Assembly (NCBI RefSeq): GCF_009914755.1
Contig: NC_060927.1
From: the human T2T-CHM13v2.0 reference genome, Homo sapiens
Direction: 5' to 3' (one strand)
Length of the DNA: 64,000 nt
How positions within the stretch are numbered: the stretch's first letter is position 1; each line of letters opens with the position of its first letter. Position numbers and translations under genes: made by a program. Shown here piece after piece: positions 1 through 10,130 of the stretch. The notes under the pieces were generated by a model, which was not told the DNA's origin, ran no database searches, and saw only the letters and a list, made by a program, of their open reading frames with translations.

Positions 1-663
1 AGGGACTTAATTTAGTCTTGGTTATGTATCTAGGGGTGGAAGAGTAGAGGAGTGTCAGAGCCCCTGTCAGTGGTGCCTGAGCTGAGCTGAACTGAGCAGG
101 CAGGAATGCAGACATGTGGATGCAAATAAAAGCAAATTCTCTGATAGACTGACAATCAGATCTGATTGTGGGGATGACCTAGGGTATTCGCTTGCAACTT
201 TGTTATAATTATGTATTTGGCTGGGTGGCGGGGGCCTTTTTGCTTGTCTTCTACCTCTTATACTCTGTATCTTTTCAGGAAGGAGTCAGAGCTGGGGAAA
301 TGCACATAACAGTTCACATAAATAACAAGCAAAATTGGCCTGCCAGTGCTTTCTTTCTGAAGCATGGAGAAGCAGGCAAGCATTTTGCAGTGAATATACT
401 GTAAACCAGATAATTGTCATCCATCGTTCTGGACATCTTAGAATCTAAGGCGTGAAATGGAATTCGCAGTAAAAATGTATCATGCATTTGCTACCTTCTA
501 GAACAAAGTTGGTAGCATAAGCCACAAGGGTTTTATTTATTAGTTTGCCAGTAGAGAAACAAAAGTATAGCATTTCTTTCTAAGCTTTAGAGAAATTTGT
601 ACTATCCTATCAAATCTTCTCACTCAGTTTGAATACAGCAGTCTTAAAAACTTCTTCAGTGCA

Positions 664-1011
664 TGTGATGATTAGTTTGTGATATGTCAAATTGTCTGGG
701 CTGTAGTACCCAGTTATTTAATCAAACACTAGTCTAGATATTGCTGCGAAGATATTTTGTAGATGTGCTGAAGATCTACAATCAGTTGACTTTAAGTAAA
801 GGACATTACTCTCACTAACATGGATGAGCCTCATCCAATCAGTTGAAGAGCTTTGACAGCAAAAACTGTCATTTCCCGGAAAAGAAAAAAGTTGCCTCAA
901 GATTGCAGCATCAACTTCTGTCTGGGTTTTCAGCCTGCAGGCCTGACCTACAGTTCTCAAATTTGCTAACCCCCCACAAAATGCATGAATCAATTCTTTA
1001 AAATTTTCTAT

Positions 1012-1048
<37 letters not shown>

Positions 1049-1128
1049 TGTAGAGCTAGATAGATATAGATTTAGAGAGATTGTTATGTACTATTGGTTC
1101 TGTTTCTCTGGTGAACCCTGACTGTTCA
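664..1128 (+). mobile_element. MLT2D-like ERVL solo LTR
   Basis: Starts TGTGATG; internal gtacccagttatttaatcaaacact and ctcatccaatcagttgaag; ends ctattggttctgtttctctggtgaaccctgact..CA; has the typical internal microsatellite. Confidence 0.85.
1016..1046. repeat. (CA)n microsatellite inside MLT2D
   Basis: Direct reading. Confidence 0.95.
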
Positions 1129-1299
1129 TTCCCCAGTCCACTTTAGTCTTGGCTATATTGTCTCTTTGTACCCTACCAAGCACTTGGTCCACAGTTTGAC
1201 CCACAGGAGATGGAACTGAATGTGTGCCATTGCATTGACTTCTTGTGGGGAGAAGGATGACCATCCAGGGAGGAAATTTCAATTCTTCCATCTAGGAGC

Positions 1300-1470
1300 C
1301 GTGGCCTTGCTTGTATGAGTTCCTTAAGCTCTCTGAACCTGTTCCCTCATCCATGAAGTGGAGCCAATTCTGCCGTCCTGCAGGGGTGCTTGTGAGAATT
1401 TAATGAGAACACGACCGTAAAGGCTGGCACATAGTAGGCCCTCAGGAGTGGTGGCTTCTGGTTAGCTATG
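1300..1470 (+). mobile_element. MIR fragment
   Basis: ctctctgaacctgttccctcatc...gtgagaatttaatgag...ctggcacatagtagg MIR core and 3' end. Confidence 0.65.
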
Positions 1471-2479
1471 TTAATGATTCTGGTTTGTCAATGGCAATTA
1501 CAGAAAGTTTTAGACAATTACATTTATTAGCATGAATTCCAAAGTAAGTTAAGGACTATCTTAGGGGTTAAAGATGTTTAAAATGCAATGAAGTGTGAGA
1601 TATTGAAGTAATAACAATCTTGGAGAATTAGAGATATAACAATTTAATGCACACTTCAGTCCAATAATGTTCAGTAGGTAAAATATTTTGTGTAAAAAAT
1701 GAGCTGACTCTAGCAAGTGAATGTGAGCATTAAACAATCACAGTCCCTTTTTCCTTGCCCCTTTTTATTCGAAATGATCTTTTTCTGCATGGCTCCTGAT
1801 CTTCTTCTGCATGGCTCCTGATCTTCTTCATAGACTTAGTCTAATTTTTCCAGCCCTTGGGAGTTAAGCTTAGGGTTCTGTTAGGTCTTCATCCTACCAA
1901 TGGATTAGTTGGGTTGTGGGCATGCTGGGTCCTGTGTGGGTCCTGATTCCAGCCTGTAGATACTGAGGTGCAGAACTGAAAACCTTTGCTGGCAACCTAT
2001 AAAGTGCTAGTCACCAATGAGCCAGCTCTAACTCAAGAGTCTCATTTTATCTTCCTCTCAAAAACCTTGCAGAATTGGTATTACCTCCATTTTGTAAAAG
2101 AGAGTGGAGGCCTGGGACGTTTGAAAGACTTAACTAAAATATCCTGTTGGTATGTAAAGGCAGCACTTTGACATTAATTGCAATACCCCTTACACTCAAC
2201 CTCAGGGTCTGTCTTAGGGTGAACTTTGGCCAGTTGGCTTGATCCAGATGACTTGTGTAGAGACAACTTAAAATTTAAGTTTCATAAATCTCACATGGTA
2301 CCCCAGTGCACAATTTTTCCTAGCCTTGCTCTTGGTTCAGATGTCACTACCCAAAAGGATATTGCCATATAGTTCATTCCCAGGCTGGAGAAATTAGGTA
2401 AGTTCTTTGGGATTGTCCACACTCTAAACAATTGAGTATTTATGGGTAGAAAATGATAGTTGGAAGGAAAGAAGAAAAT

Positions 2480-2594
2480 AGGTATGGTGAGTGGACAGAT
2501 GGCTAGGTAGATGGGTGGATAGGTAGATGGGTGGGTGGATGGATGGATTGATGGATGGAAAGAAAATAGGAAAGAAGTGAGGAAGGAAGGAAAG
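2480..2594. repeat. Degenerate (GGAT/GGAA)n simple repeat
   Basis: gatgggtggataggtagatgggtgggtggatggatgg...ggaaggaagg. Confidence 0.8.
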
Positions 2595-2944
2595 CAATGT
2601 TCTGCCCCCACTGAAAGCACCTATCAAGCAGTTAAGGATTAATGACTCAGCCATCTGTCCTTCAAATACTTTTTCAATCCAATTAAAATAGTGAAATGTA
2701 ATCTCATCTTCTGTGGATATTTTTCATGTATGAGTCACACACATGGGATTTGTATTTAAAACTCTCTAATTGGTACCTCTAGCAAGTAATATAGGTTGTC
2801 TCTGATTAAGTGATGGCAAATGTCACCCTAAGATTTGGGAGGCATGCCCTTTCTATTTGCGTGATACAGGAATACCTACTCATTGGAATCAAAGTGCTGC
2901 TCTTTGCTTCAGGTATTGGAGATGCTGGCAAGGAAAACGTGTGC

Positions 2945-3235
2945 TCACTTTGTTTACCAGTGACTCACTATATGCTGGGCACTGTGTTAGGAACTGTAGA
3001 CATCGTCATGATTAGAATGGTGCCTCCCGGTCAAGGGGCCTCAGGGTTCTTCAGGAAATGGGAACAAGGAAAGATCCAATGGCGACACAGTAGACCTGTG
3101 GCATGAGAGCAGACAGTACAGGGTGACGGGAGAACAGGAGGGCAACCGGGGGAGGGGAGTGAGCTGAACCTGGAAGAATGAATAGGAGTGTAGGCACAGG
3201 GGTAGACAGCACAATTATGGCAAAGGCCTGGATAA
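2945..3235 (-). mobile_element. L2 fragment
   Basis: cactatatgctgggcactgtgttagg...gagctgaacctggaagaatgaatagga...caaaggcctgg. Confidence 0.55.
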
Positions 3236-5134
3236 CCTAGAGAGCTTGGGGCCTAGGGTAGCCTCATCTGATCTCCTAATGGAGGGCAGGACAGCTTCCT
3301 AGCCTGGTATCCTAGTGGGGGAAGGGCAGAATCAGATTTGCCCTCCTATCCTGGCCTGACTGAAGCAAAGAATAAAAATACTTTTCAAAATGCTATTATA
3401 ATAATTATAGTTAGAAATCATTTTATTACAAGAACAGATACTCAAACTAGCACAATTTTTCTTTTAAAAGTTGGAGGAGAATAACTATTGAAAGGCTTCA
3501 CTTGGCAGCCTCACACACCCCACAGAAGGCTGATGAGTCTGTGAAAAGTGAGCAGGGGATGGGCTGGAAAACAGGAGTGGAGAGGTGCCTCTGTGTTGCC
3601 TACAGCCATCTGGGGTCCATTTCTTCTCTCTGCCTATCTACTCTCAAACCTTGTGTCTCCTGGCAGATGGCTGTCTCTCATTTAAATGGATTTTCAGCTC
3701 CCCCTAAACTTTGAGTGCTGATTGCATGAATGCTAGCCCCAACTCCCTATTAACTTTTGTCTCAAGATTTCAAGTGCCCATTGCCAAATGAGCTCTAGTT
3801 TCTGGCCTGTGAAATGAAAGTTTCAAGGTCTAATACATTGGCCTACTCCACCCATCAGTTACCCCAAGGGTCCAGTATCTATCTTGGCCTAAGCAGTTCT
3901 ACTAGGAGATCAGATCAGAAGAGGAAGTTGAGCATGGCAGGCAAAAGACCAGCCTGACAATTGGAATAATATATTTACCAGAGTATAGTTAACCTTGTTA
4001 GAGCATTTTGCAATCAGTAAAGCATGTTTTTTACTCATAGTTTACTTTCACTCAGGGAGCAGTATTGGAGTTTTAAAGATCCAGGGTTGTCCAGAAAGGT
4101 CAGAAAGTAGCCAGAAACGTCATCTTTAGGTAAAAGCATAAAGATTCAAAAGGTAAATCATGAGCCGCTTGGCCCTGCTGCTTGGATGGAGCATTAATAC
4201 ACTTTTTTTGCAGTGTAAGCAAAGAGAAGAGAGCTGAGGAGCTCTCCTGAGGAATGCATCTGTGCTCTAGTTAAAGGCACATTGGGTGGCAAGACCTAAT
4301 TTCTGTGTAAATGGAGCAGAAATATCACACTGGTGTTTCCTCTGCATGAGTGCAAAGACACGGGCATTTTCCAAATGCTGAAACATCATGGAAAAGAGAT
4401 AAGAAAGAGGCAAGAATTAGTCCTAAAGGGGCATGATATGACACAGCTCAGCCTCCAGATGGGATGTGCAGAAAACAGGGATATTATCTTGTCAAGAACT
4501 GATAAAAACTTAGTTCTTCTGAAGTTAAATTCAAATGAAGCGAAGCATGAGCTGACTAACCTCGCTCTGTTGGAACAAAAAGACAAAGCATTTTGTTCAG
4601 GGAGGGAACATCAGGCTATGGAACAGATTAAATAAGGAATAACAGCCAAGCCACAGGCATCAACAGCCACTACTTCTTTCTGGAAAGGAGATGGTTCTCC
4701 AGCATCCCATGAAGCCAAGGTTTGGAAGTAGCTCCTGGATAATTTCTGTACATGCCAAAAAGCACTGGGTAATGTGAATGCCGTCTCAGTCCAGCACTGT
4801 GGCTGGCCTTGCTCCTTCAAACTCTGTTCTACAGATAAACCAAACTATTTACATTTCCCCCAAGATATATTAAATGCTTTTATCATTGGGCCTTTGCCCA
4901 TCCACGTTCTTCTGCCTGGAGCCCTCCACATCCTTTATGCCTGCTTAATTCCTGCTGCTCATGACTTAGAGTTTACTTTCTCCAGGAAGTAATCCTGGGT
5001 TAGCTTGACTGAGTTAGCACTTCTCTTTTTCCATAGCACTCTGCTCTTCCTCTTCTCACCTACCTCTTACCATACTGTTTACCTCTCTAGTCTGGGAGTC
5101 CTTTGAGTACTAAAACTTTGTTCTTGCCCCACAT

Positions 5135-7290
5135 GTATTGCGGCATAATTTACACAGACAGAATAAGAGTCATCTTTTTAAGTGTGAAGTTGGATATGTT
5201 TTGACAAACGCACACGTGCAGAAGTGTAACCACCACTACAATCAAGATACAGAATGGTTTCATCGTCTCAGAACATTCCCTTGTTCCCCTTCACAATCAA
5301 ATCCCACCCCACCCCAAACCCTAGCCACTACTGATCTGTTATCTGTCCCTATAGTTTTGTGTTTTCTAAAATGTCATATGAATGGCATCAAATAGCATGC
5401 AGTCTTTTTTGTCTGACTTATTTCACTTCATTTCACCAGTGAAATGCTTTGGTGATTCATCTGTTTTGTTATATGGATCAGTAGTTGTTCTTTTATTGCT
5501 GAGTGGGTGTCCATTATCTGGATATTCTGCAATTTGTTTATCCATTCACTAGTTGACGGCCATTTTAGTTACCAGTTTGGCACTAAGTATTCTGAATAAA
5601 GATTCTGTGATCATTTCTATACAAGTCTTTCGTGTAATTTATGTTTTCATTCCTCTTGGGTAAATCCTAGGAATAGAATTGCTGAGTCATTTTATAAGAA
5701 ACTATTTTGCAAAGTGACTGTATTAGTCTTACATTCTTACCAACAATGTCTAAAAGTTCCAATTACTTTACATGTTTATCAGAACTTGATATTGTCAGTT
5801 TTATTTTAGCCATTCAACTGGTGTTGTGGTGATATCCCATTGTGGCTTCAATTTACATGCCCCTAATGACTATTGATGTTGAACAAATTTTTATGCTCTA
5901 ATTTGCTGTTTATATATTTATTTTAGTGACAGGTATATTCAATTTTTGCTTTTTGAAAATCAAATTGTCTTATTTAATTGAAAGAATTATTTATATATTT
6001 TGGATACAAGACCTTTATGAAATGTTTTGCAAATATTTCCTCCTAGTCTGTGGCTTACAATTTTTTTAGAGTTTTTCAAGAAAATAAGAGTCTATCATTT
6101 TTATAAAGTTTGATGTTATCAATTTTATCTTTTATGGGGCATGCTTTTTTTTGGAGCCTTCTAATCTAACCCAAGGACACTAAGATTTTCTGATATGCTT
6201 TATTTTAAAGGTTTTATAATTTTGACTTCTACATTCAGGACTATGACTCCTGTAGAGATAATTTTTGTTTGTATAGCACAATACAACTGGAGTTTATTTT
6301 TTTGGCATATAGATATTCATTTTTTCTCTAGCAGCATTTAATAAACTATTCTCCTCCCCATTTAATTGTCTTAGAACCTTTGTCAGAAATGAACTGACCA
6401 TATGTATGTGTCTATTTCTGGACTGTTTCTTCTTTCCATTGATGTATACATCTATCTTTATATTAATACCACACTATCTTGATTAGGGTAGGTTTGCAGT
6501 AAGTTTCAAAATTAGGTAGTATAAGTCCTTCAACTTTGTTCTTTTTTCCTAAAATTATTTTTAGCTATGTCAGGTCTTTTTCATTTATATGTACATCTTA
6601 GAGTTTGCTTATTCTTTCAGAAATCCTGCTGGTAATTTTGGTTGGAGTTACATTAAATCTATATATCAATTTTGGGGAAAATTAACGTCTTAAGTATATT
6701 GAGTCTGCCAAATAATGAACACTGTGTATTTCTCCATTAAAACCTCTTCAGATCTTTAAATTCTTTCAGCAGTGTCAGGGTTTTCAGTGTACCAACTTTT
6801 GCATATATTTTCTGAAAATTATTGCTAAGTTTCATGTTTTTGATGCTATTGTAACAGTATTTTTTTAATTGAAATTTCCAATTGTTGATTTCTTCATAGA
6901 AATACCATTGCTTTTTTAATATTGACTTTCTATCTTCTGACCTTCCTAAACTCTTATTAGTTCTAAGCATGTTTTATTCCATAGAATTTTTGCATTGATT
7001 ATCATGTTCCCTGTGAATAATGACAATTTTACTTTTTCATTTCCAATTTAATATTTTTTCTTGCCTTATTGCACTGGTTAGAACCTACAGTACAATGTGA
7101 ATAGAAGTGCTGAGAGTGGGCCATCCTTGTATTCTTCCTGTTCTTGGAAGGAAAGCATTTATTCTTTCACCATTAAGTATGATATTAGCTATAGGTTTTT
7201 GTAAAAGTTCTTTATCCAGTTAAGAAAGTTGTTTTCTATTTTTCATTTGCTAATAGTTTTAATTATAATTTTGTCAGATGCTTTTTAAAA
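5135..7290 (-). mobile_element. Old L1M (L1MB7/8-L1ME1-like) 3' UTR and ORF2 3' part, antisense to CLSTN2
   Basis: gtaaccaccactacaatcaagatacagaa...ctgatctgttatctgtccctatagttttg 3' UTR signature followed by T-rich reverse ORF2 sequence. Confidence 0.85.
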
Positions 7291-7444
7291 GACTTTTTTT
7301 CTCATTTTATCTCAATATGTATGTTTTCTGTACATTTTGGATACTCCATTAATATATATTGAAGGGATGAAGCTGGGTAGAACATTTCTGAGAGTGCAAG
7401 GGTACACCTTAGCTACCCAGGATCATGAGATGGGGTAGGGGGAG

Positions 7445-7600
7445 TTATGAGTATTTGAATGCCTGCTGTGTTCCTGGGTACTATGTTTGCATACATCATT
7501 TCATGCAATTTTCACGACATTCCTGAGAAATAAGTATCTTCATTTTACAAATGAAGAATGAGTAATGATGGGATGATTTACAAGCTATAACATAATTGAG
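7445..7600 (-). mobile_element. MIR fragment
   Basis: tatttgaatgcctgctgtg...cattttacaaatgaagaa. Confidence 0.6.
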
Positions 7601-8071
7601 CTCAGAAGAAATTTTATGTTTCATTACTCAATAGGAATAAAAAGGCAATAATCATTAAATTCAGGAAACAAAAATATACAAGGGAGGCTGCTTCCAAATG
7701 TGATGCAAGCTGTGATCATAGGAACATGATTCAGCCATTTGATGGAGTAAAAAATAAAGAATCCAGTTGATCTGGATGCAAATAATGTGGTCCTCAAAAT
7801 GATCATTTGACCACTAAAAAGAATAAGTAATTATTGTACAATACTTGGCTCATCCATGAATGATATCTTCGTAGTCGAATTAACATAAATTAAGTTATTG
7901 GTTTGCAACCCTGATGATTTGATCTATAGACAAAGGATAGAAGGCAATTTTGTTTATGAATCAATCTTGACAAAGCAAAAATCCTGATGTGAGGGAAATT
8001 AGAATGTGGGAAAGAAGGGAGAAAATTTGGGGGATGTTAGCATTCTTACTTTCCAAAATGAGAACATTTAA

Positions 8072-8195
8072 ATCCCTCTAAGCCTCAGTTACTCACCTGC
8101 AAAATGAGAAATAAATTATTTCCCAAAGGGGTTGTTGTGAGGATTAGTAAATGTATGGATGTCAAATACCTAATATGTGATAGGTACCCTAACTG
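8072..8195 (+). mobile_element. MIR fragment
   Basis: ctctaagcctcagttactcacctgcaaaatgag...gttgttgtgaggatta. Confidence 0.7.
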
Positions 8196-8364
8196 AAGTA
8201 GTGACAGAGAGGAGTAAAGGAAGGCAGACCTGTACATAGAAGGAAGTCAGCTCATTTCCTAATGAGGGAAAAACCTCAACTTTTAAGTTGGTCTATAAAT
8301 CACCTCTCCTGCAGACATTGTCACTGCCCAGCAAGCAGGGTGGTAAGTCTGAGTAATGAAAAAG

Positions 8365-8555
8365 CAGCAGCTGTGTGTCTAGCACAGGACATATGAATGA
8401 CAGAACAACACTGTAAGTGGCATCACCATCAGCATTTTACAGTCGTGGGAACTGAAACTCTGAGAGGCCAGAGGATTCACATAGGACCAGGCAAAAGTGG
8501 CTAAGTCAGGGCTAAAACCAGGAACTGCAACTTTAGATTTCATTGCCTGCCACTG
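8365..8555 (-). mobile_element. MIR fragment
   Basis: cattttacag..gggaactgaaactctgagagg. Confidence 0.55.
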
Positions 8556-9170
8556 AGCCTATCTAATTTAGACCATTTAGATAGGCACAATGAATCTGAA
8601 GCACTGGGTGAGCTCCTGGTGTATGCTTTGTACACAGTTCTAATGGACAGGCCCCTAGGTTTAATTAAGGGGAAAAAAAGATTTAATTGTTTCTCCCAAC
8701 AGCTGCAAATTATTTACATTGCATTTGTGTTGATGGCTAATAAAAGAGCAAAGGAGTGTGGGGACAGCCCAGTGTGGTTATAATTTTTCCAGGGTCCATA
8801 ATGAAGCATCAGTCCGAATGCCAAACTGTGAAAATGGATGTACCTACTGTCCAATTCACACCTGCAGTGGCCAGAGCTTCTCTCTGCCCTGGGCATGGTC
8901 CAATCTGTAAAAATGGGTTTCAGGGGCCAAGACCTGAGAATAGCAAGGCATATGTCCCTGCCTCATTAGACTGCTTTCCAGTTAGTTTGTGATTGCTGTG
9001 GAATGGGTGAGAAGGAGCAAAATGGTGGCCTTGGTTGAGTCTGCCACTGCTCCTGGAACAGCTCTGAACTGACCTTTTGAAGGATGAGGCAGGAAGGGAA
9101 CAGCCACTGCTTCAGAGCTGCTCTCAATTCTATAAGCTCTCACTTTGCTGTGGCTACTGAAAAATTTGTA

Positions 9171-9513
9171 ATGTAATATATAAAATATATACTGTATAAT
9201 GTGCATTATATATTATATAATATGTATTATATATTATATATAATACGTATTATATATTATATAATATGTATTATATATAATATATAATATATTAATATAT
9301 AATATGTATTGTGTATTATATATTATATATAATATATTAATATATAATATGTATAATATATAATATGTATTATATAATATATAATATATATAATATGTAT
9401 TATATATTATATATTATATATAATAACAATATATAATATATATATTATATAATAACAATATATAATATATATATTATATAATATATATTATATATTATGT
9501 GTGTGTGTGTGTG
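9171..9513. repeat. AT-rich (TA)-derived minisatellite followed by (TG)8
   Basis: About 330 bp of almost only A/T, with recurring tattatatattatataatatg units. Confidence 0.95.
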
Positions 9514-9861
9514 TTTGCACTTCTCAGATATCACAAAGTATGAATTTCTGGTTTTCCTACTTATTAATTTTTAACCATATAATCACCTTGGGAAAGTTAC
9601 GCTTTGTGGAGGTAGTTTATTCATCTTTGTAATGATCATGCCTACCTCACAGGATGCTGTGGGAAGCACTGCATATGTGACCACACCTTTTAAACTATGA
9701 ATTAGGGTGTGAAGTTTGGCATCGGAACAATTTTGATTATTCTAGCCCCCCTCTAACCTGTTATTTTGAATCTGATGTACCTACTCTATATCCAGACTTC
9801 TGTGAGGGTATTGGGGGTGAGCGGGGGGGACTAAAAAAGAGAAACCAAGTAGCTCACAGTT

Positions 9862-10000
9862 AAGTAATCAGATTAATGTTTTAGAAAGATCACTCTTGAT
9901 ACCAGTGTGCAGAATAGAATGGAGTAGGGCAAGATTTCCAATGGAGAGACCAGTCAGGAGGCCCCTGCTGCCATCCAGATAGGAGTGGGTTGGGCTAGAA
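9862..10000 (-). mobile_element. L2 fragment
   Basis: atcagattaatgttttagaaagatcactct...gagaccagtcaggagg. Confidence 0.65.
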
Positions 10001-10130
10001 CCCATCAAACAAGACATAGAAGGGGAAGGATTTGGCAAGAACTGGGTTCTCACCAGATGAGGTGAAAACTCCTGGCACAGTCTTATTTCAGTTCTCTACT
10101 CTTCATTAGTACCTGCTGATATAAGTATAC

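Noticed and set aside
2895-2918. Possible recursive splice site ctctttgcttcag|gtattg
   Set aside because: The donor part departs from GTRAG; such matches are frequent by chance
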